DNA of 64,000 nt from Lingula anatina (Eukaryota; Animalia; Brachiopoda): positions 7,254,001-7,318,000 of the forward strand of contig CM120647.1 in NCBI GenBank assembly GCA_051362555.1, read 5' to 3'. The position numbers were made by a program, and so were the translations under genes. Positions 13,505 through 25,828 of this stretch are shown here, one piece after another. Each line of letters opens with the position of its first letter. Position 1 is the stretch's first letter. Below the pieces are notes generated by a model. The model made no database searches. It was not told the DNA's origin and saw only the letters and a list, made by a program, of their open reading frames with translations.

Positions 13505-16500
13505 GGCACAATTACCAACATAGGGTTAATTGCCATTAATATGATCACTATTAATTCAACGTTTTTCACGTGTTCCAGAGATATCATTCTTCATGCATAT
13601 TATTATTATTATTATCATTATTATTATTATTATTATTATCTAACCTTCCTCGATAAGCGCACCAAAGATCTCGTCGTCCATATACATCGGGCCGTCGTTA
13701 TAGCAGGAGTTATAAGGCTGTGTATAGCAACTCACGGAGTCGTTACGGGTCTTGGTCATTCTGTGAGCACCGGATCTTTTGTTCTGAAAATATGACCCGG
13801 CAACATATGGTTGTTACACCGTGAGCCTTCGTAATAATTAGAATTGAAACATTGCTTTTTATGTCAACGTAAAATATCATATCAACTTTATGTCAAATTA
13901 ATTGAATTTCTCTTGCACAAAATGTGAAAAGTGAATAATTTCAATAGAACACGATCAAGGTGACGAATGATGTATTACATACAGTTGTGAATGTCAGATT
14001 TTAAGAATCAAAACGGAATAAAAAAAGACAACGAGATATTTGGCAATATTATACCTTCCACATATTTTCTGGTGTTTTCTCATCAGTGTATTGAACAAAT
14101 AAAGGCCAGCGACAATCAATTTCTGACAAGTAACCTCTGTGAATGGGGGTAGCCGCGCTCAACGCCATCTATCGAACAAATCATATAACTCAATCAAATG
14201 ATGTTGGTGTGTATCGTTATCTGATAAAACTATGTTTTTCCAAATGTTACTTCAACACTTTCTCCAAACAACAATTATGCTGAAAGTTATATCCACTTCA
14301 GCATGCCAGGGTCTATCGATACACAATTTGATAAGGGAATGGGTGAACCTCTATCTTGCTTTTGAAAAATCGATGGGAAAACTTGCTAAATTAAATAAAT
14401 AAACACTATTTAAGCCAAAATTCCATGTCGCAAAAAAATTAATTAAATTAAATATCAAAGGCATTATTATGATTATTATTATTATTATAATTATTATTAT
14501 TATTATTATTAAGCTTACAAGAATGGGACAAAGAGGACTGAGTTGATCGTGTAAAGTTCTGGCTTCGTCTAAATCTGCTGCCTGCAGGGTCACTTGCAGA
14601 GCACAGCAGGTTCCGCCACAAACACACTTGTCAAGACGGATGGTTCCTGGCTGTGCCTCTTCCTGAGCTTTGTCTTTGTAGCCGAACTGTGAGAGGTCTT
14701 CTTCAATGGGATTCATTGTGTGGACGTCTTTAAATACTGCAAAAAAAAATAATAATAATAAAAATAAATAAATAAATAAACGAAATGATGGATGCAATGC
14801 TCATCATAACACGTGCCCAAGGCCGTAGTCTTGGCTAAGTAATTGATGTCGTAGTCTTGGCTAAGTAATTAAGGGTTGTTTTTTAGTCTTAAAAGAGTAA
14901 TTCGTAAAATTATTTCTAGTATGCTTTAAAATTACAAAGAGATTTGGGGGTTAGATAAAAGATTGAGGGCAGTTTTAACTACTAGTATTTAAAGAGTATT
15001 TTTTAGAATTATTTCTAGTATGCTTTACAATTAAACAGATTTACGGGTTGGATAAAAGCAATAATTGTTTTCTTTATGTAAAGTAAAAAAATGTACATTT
15101 GGTTGGAAGAAATTGAAAAAAATACATTAGCAGAATGATTAATGTTTCCACAACATTTACGGTTCTGGTGGACACACTCCCAGAGAAAGGTTTTAATCAA
15201 ACGAGAGGAGATCCAACCCCAAGATTTTTCTGCACGCCTTGGAACGTACATCTCATTTATCAGTATCCTCTTCTGATGTACAACAATGACTAGGAAAAAA
15301 GCATTTAAGTCGAGATATATCGACCTCGGTAAGCATTTGAGCAAGCTGGACATACACGCGTGGTTACTTAAGTCCGAGGCAAATATACATTGGTCACTGT
15401 CTTCTAACATGGCACGTGTATAAATCTACATACTTGGTATGTGTTCTGTGTATCTCCCTCTCTTGTTTGAAGTGCAGTTTTGTGCCGCTGCACTGAAAAA
15501 AGATTATTTGTGAAACTTTATTTTTATAATATACATTTTCTAATCTGCCTTGGTCCAAAAAGTTCAGTAAACTAGTTATAAATTAGGACAAATACTTAAC
15601 ATATATAGGCTACTTTAGATTTCATTTAAGCTGATAAAGACTTTAAAATACTTGGTATGAAATATTTGATTCAATTTTCTATATAAAGTCAATGCCAAAA
15701 ATCCTCCATTGACCTGTTTCAAATATTGTAAGGGGCCGTGCATATTGAGGTATGTTGACCTACATGCAACTTCTAGTAATGTTCACTAACTCCATGGGAA
15801 CTGTCGTTGAATGCAATCATTGTAACATGCTTAATCTTGGCGTTGAGAAGATTGTGGAAAAAATTCACGATTATACGAGTACGTTGGAAAGTGAAAGAGG
15901 CGTGTCAGTCAGTTACTCGGATTGCATTCTGCGAGAGTCCCCACGGATTTAGCGTGCAACCTAGGTCGATAAAACTCATTCTTTATGGCACCTAGGTTCT
16001 ATCAAAATTATCCTATTTCATCATTTGGTAAACCTTATAAAACAACGATAAATCTTATTAAAATAGCCAATGTACGTGTTCTCCTACCGGTACCGTTCCC
16101 CAGAAAATATTTCATCGGAAGAAAACAGAGGACGAGCAACACCGGAAGTGGGGATTGGTGCATGCGCTGGGCGGGTGAAACAAGGGGTTCCGGTTCTAAA
16201 AGAGTGAAGTTTACAGTTTAAGCGAGTTAGCAGTACGGTCTGAACTGCTCAAATATCATATTGTGCACAAAATATAGAATATAATTTTTTTATAAACAAT
16301 AATTTATTTGACAATCATAATGAATTTGCAGATATGGTGGCGAAAGATGAAGCATTTTACAGGAGGAATCGACCTTTAATCTGTTGTTAGTCGATCAGAT
16401 AATTACTTCAAGAAAACAAAAAATGTTATATAAAACCACGCCAAAAACAAGTCACCTTGGATAGGCTCCCATTGTTAGAACAGCTTTGTCTGGACATCCC

Positions 16501-18388
16501 ATTGCAATCGAAATCAACTGCCTCCTAAATGTAGTATATATTGCATTTGGTAAGTGCACCACAGTACATGTAATGAACATTCCATTTAAAATGCCAGCAG
16601 TGGGTAAATTAAGTTTAGGTCTAAAATAATGATCCCAATTTCCTTTGATTATTGAATATTCTTTGACCTAATTTAGAGCACGAAATTTATTACTTTATTT
16701 AAAATGTGCTTGTTTGCCCTCTGAAAATTTCACGTAATTCTTTTTTGACCTCAGACACACGTGCTGTGCTAATATGTAAACATTGAAGTAGGCATCAGAG
16801 CCTGTGGCGGGGGTTAACCTTTATATTTTAAGTCCCTTTCAAACCCACGTGGGTTGGCGTGTGTGGAGAGGGGGGGGGGCGGAATATAGGAAACTTCTAG
16901 TACAGAAAGTAACAAAAAAGGTGCACAATACATGCTGAGCAGTGTTAGAAATTAAGGCTGGACCGTCTGCCCGGGGCTGACAACTTTCAGAACGGGCTGA
17001 GAAGTGTTCCCACCTGGCAGACATTCAATCCAGCTACTTTTCGAGATGGCTGGACTTTCTGTCCAGCAACTAATTTTCCTAAGAGGTAAACACTAATGCT
17101 GAGCGTACATGGATGTAAAAAAAAAACTATATATTTATTTATTATCTAATTCTTTTCTTGATTACATACCTATTAGCCATACTTAATTCTACAGACCGTA
17201 TGGACTCTATACCTCCTGAAAAGGGCACGAAAGGCACCGATTCAACCATGTAACGGGCGTACTCCCTTTGCCACATGGCAGGACAAACACTGAATAAGAA
17301 AATAAAGTATACAATATTAACATCTGCGACATATGTTGCGCAATGGTTTGCATTTAGCTGGCGTGCATTGTACTTATTTTTAAGTTCTTGCTGACATCAT
17401 TGGCCTAGGGTTTTATCTATGCCATGATTATGGCTATAATGGCGAATCAGAATGACGCAAGCTGTTTCCTCTTCCATAGTTGTAACCTTAAGAATATGAT
17501 AGGGAGTATGAAATAGTGTTTTAAAAAGCATCCAATGTAAAGTTCTGGGAATGACTTAATCAAGATAGACAAGGTCAAACAACATCAACGCTTATTTACT
17601 TGTTGAAATCTAATCTCTTTAATTTCTCCAATAGCTCTTCGGATTCTAGCGAAACTTTCACAGATTTGTTCTCGTGGTCAAGGTAAACCAGGATATACTC
17701 AATCTAAAATAATAAATAATAAATAATAAAAAAGGGAATGAATGGATGAAATGCTATTACTACCACTGATAATACTAATACTACTATTATTTACTATTTC
17801 CACTACGTTTACTACAACTGCTAAATATAATAATAATGATACATCAGTATATATTATTCCTTACTAACAATACATAAATTAGCATAAATCGCGTTGCTCG
17901 AAATTATTTAAAGGCCCACCCCCTTACGTGCAATTCATTGGCAGTATTCAGAACAGATCATCCCCAGACTAATGGGTCCGTGGATCAAATTTGGCCGACT
18001 GCACTTGAAAGCGATGCCGCCAAATCAACTAAGGATCTCCCCAGATACCACACTACAAGGACCAAGCAATTTAACTTCGAAGTCAAAATTTAATCCATTT
18101 AATTCCCCTTGATGTGGGTTAGATGAGTGAACATTTTCAACAGGGGTCAAATGGCGTCGTTCACAATTTAGTCCGCTGATCAGTTAGTCCTCAGATCATG
18201 TGTTGTAAATGCGACCATTGAGGATAACTCACCTCGTCTCCCCATAGGAGACCCCTTTTTCTTGCATCCTTCTCCTTGTGATATAACCCTATAAATTCCC
18301 TTGCAGCGTTCAATCGGATTTGCGGCCATATGCCCGCTATTTCATCGGATGTCAACCATCGATCTCCGTTCTGTTCTAAGCCATTCAT
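4600..18388 (-). CDS. Glutamate-cysteine ligase catalytic subunit-like, paralog A (16 exons, about 630 aa)
   Basis: Hand-spliced exons (minus strand): 18388-18233, 17703-17600, 17289-17170, 16524-16456, 16195-16088, 15492-15434, 14736-14519, 14168-14055, 13783-13645, 13021-12900, 12459-12373, 12021-11917, 6305-6185, 6003-5900, 5349-5226, 4742-4600. All GT-AG, frame preserved (1893 nt), no internal stops. GCLC motifs [69 protein letters not shown]. Confidence 0.9.
7164..9353 (+). CDS. Harbinger accessory Myb/SANT-like (trihelix) DNA-binding protein, about 239 aa
   Basis: [17 protein letters not shown]...[15 protein letters not shown]...[13 protein letters not shown]...KTGGG is a typical Myb/SANT-like domain. 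Exons 7164-7557, 8583-8669, 8931-9041, 9226-9353 join in frame (720 nt), with a KKRKK NLS-like motif and a C-terminal coiled-coil-like segment. Confidence 0.85.
10011..11651 (-). CDS. Harbinger/HARBI1-like DDE transposase, about 347 aa
   Basis: Exons 11651-11087, 10737-10476, 10227-10011 join in frame (1044 nt). Motifs [16 protein letters not shown] (D), [15 protein letters not shown] (D), [12 protein letters not shown] (E), ACAVLHN. Confidence 0.93.
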
Positions 18389-19296
18389 TTTGATGTCTGA
18401 AGTTGCCTGTTCACTGTTCACCCTATTTTATGCAGTGTGATGCAATTTTAAAACACACAATGAAAGAGCCTATGCCCCAAATCTTATTTTTTATGAGAAT
18501 CCCATCTAATTTCTTTGACCTCAAATGTATGCCATATCCAAAACCGTTTACAGAATTACGATTCTTAAGCCTGTTCTAAGTGTCAAGTCTAGGCGCTAGT
18601 CTTGCAATGGACTGAGACTGGCAATTTCCTCTCGTGGCGTTAAAAATGAAAAAAATTGATGGATTGCAATGCCGTGAAGAGTTTTGCACGGTATTGGAAT
18701 CAGGATTTTGCATACCGAATATTCCGTGCACTTTCATCAAAAGATGGCGCAGCAATCCGTGTCAAAACTTCATTGACTTTACTGCACAAGGACCTCACCG
18801 TCTAAACACCGGTAAGCGACCGTAAAAGACCCTGCGTGACGTATATCTATTAAGTGAAGAGGACAGTTTGGAATAGTGCATGTAATAGATAGACCCCGAG
18901 TCAGCGAGGGTTAAGTGGCATACACGAGTGCTTATTTAGACCACGGGTCCATTAGCGGGTTATAACGCATTCATGCGAGAAGTGTGGTTACGCGAGTTAC
19001 ACCACGTCTGAGTCTTTTGTTCTTCACTTCCACCGTGGTCTAACAAAAGAGTAAATGCATTAATAAACGCGTGAACAATAATACGGGCTGAAGGTCAGCT
19101 TTACTTTACGCCACATTTAAATGACATCATACCACGCCTGGCGCTGCGAACAATAGGATAATTGCACTTATACGCCTCAGTGAGTTTATCCTATTGTTCG
19201 AAGCGCCAGCCGTGGTATAAGTTTGTTACAACTACTGGTCGTTCACTGTATGCGACACACAAGAGCAAATTATATCTCGGCTAGCCTCGATATAAT

Positions 19297-19499
19297 AGGT
19301 AGGTTTCGTTATCCCGGCCCGAGAACTAGCCCGCCGAGAACGATTCTCGTTCCCGATCAGCGATCCGACATCCAGCGCCTGGTTCTCCGAATCCGTCATC
19401 GAGAATGCGAAAACAAGCGCAAAAAAATGATGACGTTATACGCAATTTCTTCAAATTATCGGCGCGCTGGTTCTCGGGCCGGGATAGCGGAACCTCCCT
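19297..19499. mobile_element. MITE-like element with long imperfect TIRs
   Basis: AGGTAGGTTTCGTTATCCCGGCCCGAGAACTAGC pairs with GCTGGTTCTCGGGCCGGGATAGCGGAACCTCCCT; flanks are AAT and ATT. Confidence 0.65.
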
Positions 19500-20072
19500 A
19501 TTAACGCATGTCGCATATAATTTAGTGGACGACGTGCACCTGTAACTTGTACTTACTGTGTCCTTCTCATTAAAAAACATTGTAGACACATTGTTTAGAT
19601 TAATGTTTAGTTTAGATGTTCTTTCACGAATATGTTCACCAGGCAGGAATGTCACATAACACTTTGGCCTTGGAATGGATTGCACCAGACGGTGAAGGTG
19701 GTGACGGTGGCGGTAAAATGGGAGAGACCAGAAGACCTACTGACACGAAAGGAGACTTGGTTGTTACAACCATTCTTGAATCGCCATCAACTTTCAATTT
19801 TCTGTCAGCTTTGGGTGGTTTGAGACATATGTTAGACTCGAAAATTATACAGAGAGCCTTCATGAAACATTGGTGGGAGAAAGAAAGATAATGGTATTTC
19901 ATATTTGTTTGCCATTTTTTAATAGCCAGTCACTTCCCAACTTATCAATCCCCACATCATCTCTCTCTGTCTCCTCTCTCTCTTTCTCTCTTCTAATTAT
20001 AACGTAACAGACCACCGCACTTATCTAACCGCACCGTCACGTGCATATACCACACCTTGCACTGAACAGCAC

Positions 20073-20453
20073 TAGTGGGCTTGATTTGGTCTTAAAGTGG
20101 AATTTAAGTTCAAAGATTTTTTTACATGATCTTAAACCATGAGTAAGACCATTCCTGGTCTAACAGCCAATAAAGTTGCCTCCCCGTGTACATTCTCCTA
20201 TTGTGAGAAGAGGTGTACTGTGAGGGGAGGAAACTGCTTGACCACTTACCCAGCAGACAAACGACATTTGGTGCATCAACGTTGAATCAACGTAGAATCA
20301 ATGTCGTTTGCCTGCTGGGTTAAGTAGATGTTAGATCATTTTTGAACTTTAAAGCAGATTCAGTCTTTTTTAAGACTACTGCTGTCATGATTAAGATAGT
20401 GTAAGATCACTAGTTATCTTAAATTGCACTTTAAGACCAAATCCAGCCCACTA
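20073..20453. mobile_element. MITE with about 36-bp TIRs containing a nested about 73-bp palindromic element (20248-20320)
   Basis: TAGTGGGCTTGATTTGGTCTTAAAGTGGAATTTAAG pairs with CTTAAATTGCACTTTAAGACCAAATCCAGCCCACTA. Inner ACCCAGCAGACAAACGACATT pairs with AATGTCGTTTGCCTGCTGGGT. Confidence 0.65.
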
Positions 20454-21248
20454 ATGCAGTTCTCATTTCACAATATATGTTTATGGATTCCTATCCCTAA
20501 CTTCTTTTTCACTTTAATGTCAAAGACTGAACGGGATAAGGGGGATCGATATTAGCTCACTTGGTCGAAGGACAAGGTAAACTATTTCAGTGCTAACATA
20601 AATGTCTTCGGCTTAGGGTCTTTGCAACGTACGTTGCTGTCTATATCCTTTTCTTACACTTTCGTATATATTTTGTTTAATTGTCAGTAATATTTTTAAG
20701 TAACTTTTTTCTTGTATTTTAATTTGTTTTCAGTATTTCTACATTTTACACTACGCTTTTGTTACTTTTCTTATTATTTTCTTTTCTTTCAGTTTCACGG
20801 TTGTTTATGGCAATACATGTACATATGTAAACCAAATCAATCAGTTTTAGTCTTTCTTGACTGAGTGCAGCTATATGTCTATTTTATTGTACAATCGATA
20901 AATAAAAACAGCAGTGTATTTCACATGAAAAATATCTGTACTGAAAATCTAAGAAATATGGCATGACATTTTATCAAGACTGCATAGGGAAGGTATTTAG
21001 TGACGTGGCACACATATCATAAGAATGAGGGGGCAGCACCAGTTCCAAATACTAAAACATGATTGAAAAGGCAAGACTGGTGTAGTATACAAACCATGTG
21101 CTTGAAGAAACGAGGCTAGTGTTGGATTCAAGTAATCTATCCGGTGTCGTATACACACTTTATAATTCAAGAGACAGGAGTAAGTGTAGTGAGTCAATCC
21201 TTACATAGCATTTCTAAAAACCGCCTTCAATTCTATTTCACTCAAATA

Positions 21249-21565
21249 CAGGCCTAACCAACTACCAGACTCGGCACCATATGATCCTGAATTCACCGGT
21301 AGATCAGACCACTCTACCCGTTTTCAAGGTGTGTGTCAGATTGCATTACACAGTATCAGACGCGACACCGCTCTTGCCTAGTAAGCGATGTGATAGTGAC
21401 GATTCTCAGCGGGGTTGAAAAGCATTGCATCACCACTCAAAATTTGTTCAGGGTATGATACTGTGTAATGCGATTTAACACACCCCTTCAAGACGGGTAG
21501 TGTGGTCTGAACTACCGGTGAATTCAGGATCATTCGGTGCCGAGTCTGGTAGTTGGGTAGGCCTG
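21249..21565. mobile_element. Fold-back MITE, 317 bp, with 5-bp AAATA flanking duplication
   Basis: Arms of about 105 bp (CAGGCCTAACCAACTACCAGACTCGGCACC... / ...GGTGCCGAGTCTGGTAGTTGGGTAGGCCTG) are near-complementary. AAATA at 21244-21248 and 21566-21570. Confidence 0.85.
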
Positions 21566-21581
21566 AAATATGTCAAATGGC

Positions 21582-24500
21582 TTACTGCCCATTTGTTAAA
21601 ATATGTTGTTCCGAAAACAAAATTTCTGACTTCGCGTTAGCCATTTCATTGCATCGACACATCAAGTCATAATTGATGCGCTCACTGACTATGGAATTTT
21701 TCTTATAAGCCGGATGTGACATCACAAATTCTCGCATCCATCTAGCGGTAGTTGGCGTTTTACCTGAAATAATTCATGGTTTCTGGTATAATTATGTCGT
21801 GAATACCGATATTGACAATTTAGAGTGGCACATGGTCTTTGTATATGAGCACGTAAAATTAGTTACAGTTACATTTATATAAAATTTATGCCACCATAAT
21901 ACCACTGGGATGTTATACTGTAGATGTGATATGTTATAAAGAAATATTAATAATTAAAATCCATTGCTTATCAAATGTAAACACTCAAGTATATATTACA
22001 ATGTTTATTGGTTTTAATAACTACCGGATGCTCTTTTTCTTATGAAGTCCAGGTACTTATCAGCAGTCAATCTGGTCTCGGCGTCAATTGTGTCGTGATC
22101 ATCCAAGTATCTGTTAACCAGTGGAATTAATCCAGGAAAACCATTGTGCTGAAATAGAAAAGTGAAATGATTTCTTGACAGACGAACGTCTTTTTTTAAA
22201 TATAAGAAATTTGCTCTCAAAATGTTTTCTTTAACTAGAGTAATTATATATTTTATATACTTCTGATGAGAATTGCTTGTAGGAATATTTATTTTAATTG
22301 ATTTAAAAATAAGAGTCGATGTGTGTTTGTATGTATGAGAGGGAGAGAGAAAGCGATATGATTATATATAGTTATGGAAATACATATTTATACGCAAAAT
22401 AAAAGTTGTACCTTTCCATTAACTATTTCATCGGCTGTCATCAAAGAAAACTTTCCACAGTTAGTTTCAATACCAATGATCTGACGAGGGCCATTTTGGG
22501 CACTTACATTTAGCAAAACTGAAATAAATTTAGAAAAAGAGAAACTACATTTTTCAATTTTACATCAATTGAGTCAGAACCGTGACTTTTAGAAACAACA
22601 CGCATAATACCTGCATAATTTATTTCTTTTTCTTTTCTTTTTTTTTTTCTAACAGAATTTTTACCTTTATTGTCAAATATATCGTCTCTGAAGTAAAATT
22701 TGCTTGATCTCACTGCGTCTCTCTTTGAAGCCGTTTCCATGTTTTTGTCAACCTACAATATGATAGTGTACACGATCATGTGCACACTTAAAACTATCGG
22801 CACTATACAACTTTAAACGGAACGGAACGGAGATCGAGGAGGTTGAACGTCAATAGTGACATTAAAGTTAAAAATGCATTATTCAAATACGGATTTATAG
22901 CTAATAAAATGTGTTTTGAGGTATCGGAACCTTGTTAAATTGTTTCTCTATAAGTAAAACTTTCACCACTGTACAAGTAAATTTCATTTTGCTACACACG
23001 GCAATGCATATATTATGCCACAGAGCATAATTACCCTTGAGATTGGCAGTACAAGATCAAGGCCGTATTTCAGAATGGCCCGCGTCAGCAAAACTACAAA
23101 AACTGAAAATGCAGCGTTTTCAAAATCCGTCAGCTGTACCTGGAGAACAAGATATCATCATATTATACAATTGTTGATTTTCAGTTATTTATGGAAGGTG
23201 TTTTTGTTCGTTGTGCAATGTAATCTCAATTACCACTGTTTATCAGTGTGAAGTTCTTAGCAGTGGTCTGCGCTCTGATGTTGTGTTAGAAATGTAGGCT
23301 TTGTTCCTTACACCTTTATTTTCTCTATCAAACACTGATCGATTGTCAAGTGTGGTTTGTCTTTCAGTTGCATAGGTTACTGAGACTGCTGCATTTTTAG
23401 AAATCCTGGTGCAGTACAAAATATTCCCCCTGTACATTAAAAACGGTGTTTTATTGTATCCATACGTTTGGTTACAGGCTATTTTATTATTATATCCTTA
23501 TATCTTATTATGAAATATATTATGTTTAACCAAACCTAGCGTTTACCTGATTGATATCAGTATTAGGTGGACCGGATATTTAGTACACGCACACATACAT
23601 TCACACACACACACACACACGTATGCACGCACACTTACATAGATATCATACACATGATTACAAAGACACATTCACTCGTGCACACAAACACATGTATATT
23701 ATATACTACAAATACCGTACATCTAATGGCCTGAACTCCACGCACCAGCCGTTAGACTGCGACGGGACTTTCAACCGAACTGATGGGTAATTATTTGCTT
23801 GCACGACCTGAAAGTTATATATCTAGAAATTATGGATTGGACAAAAGGTGACAAAATGTCATGTGACATTAAAATATCTGGTCACCCTAAGCTTCAGAGA
23901 TAACTTGGAACAAACACGTACACTACTTCATACCAGTGCTGTTTCAACTTATATTTCAAGTGATATTTGTTTCTCTTACAGTATTTTTATTTTTTTCATT
24001 TGGTAATGGATTTTAAATGAATATTTAGTCAGATACCAACAATGTGGGTCAAACAAAACGAAGTGTTCTGCAAACGAAAATTATACCAGATATATGAAAC
24101 ATGTAGTCGCGCGGCTTAGCGTAAAATTAAGACGAGATTTTGCAGGATTTGGAAGAGGGTGGGGTCAAAAGCAATGGCGGACGAGCGAGCACGATTCAGG
24201 TATGTAAAAAAGCTGACAGAAATTAACCAGAGCTGATTTCACCGGTTGCTTTCTCGGTAGTTTTTTTAGAATTGCGACCTATTACACCTACAGCAAAACG
24301 ATTTTTCTTGTTTTCTTTGTCACTTATTTGTAATGCTTCTAACACATCCTTACCCTACAACATTATGGTGATGAAAAGATAATTCCCGTCATGTGTATTA
24401 TCGTTTTTATTAATATTATTTTTCTACTTATCTTTAAATTATATTTATTTATTTACTCATTTATTTATTTATTTATTATTTGTAACATACAGCATCAAGC

Positions 24501-25794
24501 AGGTGGTTTCTTATTAAAAAAAAACCACAGTCGATCTTGTTCCTGGGGCTTTATACTAATATATTATTATTATCAAAATCGCATTGAATAAATACAAACC
24601 GTATACAGGTCGATAGAGTCCAACCGTTCCTCCCCACAATGTCGTATTTGGCGGTCAGATAACGCCCAAGGATCTCGCGAGAACAGGTTGGTGACGTAAC
24701 GGGACATTGCCTCATCTACCCCTGGAAATTGAAAAAAAGAAAGACAACTTTCCTTGTTGAAGCCGGTTTGAATCAGGTGTTGGTAATACGATATATATAT
24801 ATATATATGCAGTATCGATCTCACTGTTGTGTTCACAAGTGCCATAACGTTAAACAAATGTTGCAGAATTGTAGATAGTCTGACGGATTTTGGTTTGATG
24901 TTGGCAGTATGCATTGTACCCCCACCTACTGAAATGAAAGGAAAGGTGAGATTGTGGCTTGAATAAAACGTACTAGTTTTATTTGAAGAATATAATAATG
25001 GTAAACATAAATTTAATCACATTTATTCTTATTGTTATTATTATTATTTTTTTATCCTACCTTGATTCAGAAGTGTTTCGAATATCCCATTGTCCATGTA
25101 CGTAGGGCCGTCGTTATAGCAGGAGTTACAAGGCTGTACATAGCAGCTCACGGAGTCTATACGAGACTTGGTGGTCCTATGACTACCGGGATTTCTTTTC
25201 TGCAAAAGCAACATGGCAACATTAAGTTGCTGCAACATCAGACCGCATGAACAAACCAAAAGCAAAGTTAAAGGTTGAATCATCAAATAGACTTTTTAAA
25301 CGAGAAATCGAATTCAATTTTATTTTATGTTTTTAACACAAGGCGTAATCGCGCTACAGAATGTTATATGGAATGGTTTATGGCAGAAGATTCAAGAAGG
25401 AAAAACGGAATGAAAAAAAAAGGACAAAGTTTTGGTGATATTATACCTGCCACATTTTATCTTGCGTTCTTTCGTCAGTGTATCCGACAAGTATTGGCCA
25501 GCGACAATCAATGTCTGACAAGTAGCCTCTGTGAATAGGGGTAGCTGCGCTCAGCGCCATCTATCGAGTATATCATACAGATAAATCTCAACCCGACAAC
25601 GTTATCACTCACAATCACATGCCATAGTTTACTTCTTATTCTGATTTTTCTCTAGACAAATCAGAAACAGATTTATTCAACTTTCCTTCAACATTATTGG
25701 AAACTTGATTAAGCCTCAGTGATTTTCCATTGATATATTCTTCTTCTTCTTCTTCTTATTGGTTTTATTATTAACCCATTACAATATTACTTGC

Positions 25795-25828
<34 letters not shown>

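Noticed and set aside
13304-13795. 163-aa ORF and similar low-complexity ORFs (11991, 30097, 51058, 55508)
   Set aside because: Their open frames come from (TA)n, (TTA)n, (CTA)n, (CA)n or poly-T tracts, or are antisense shadows of real exons.
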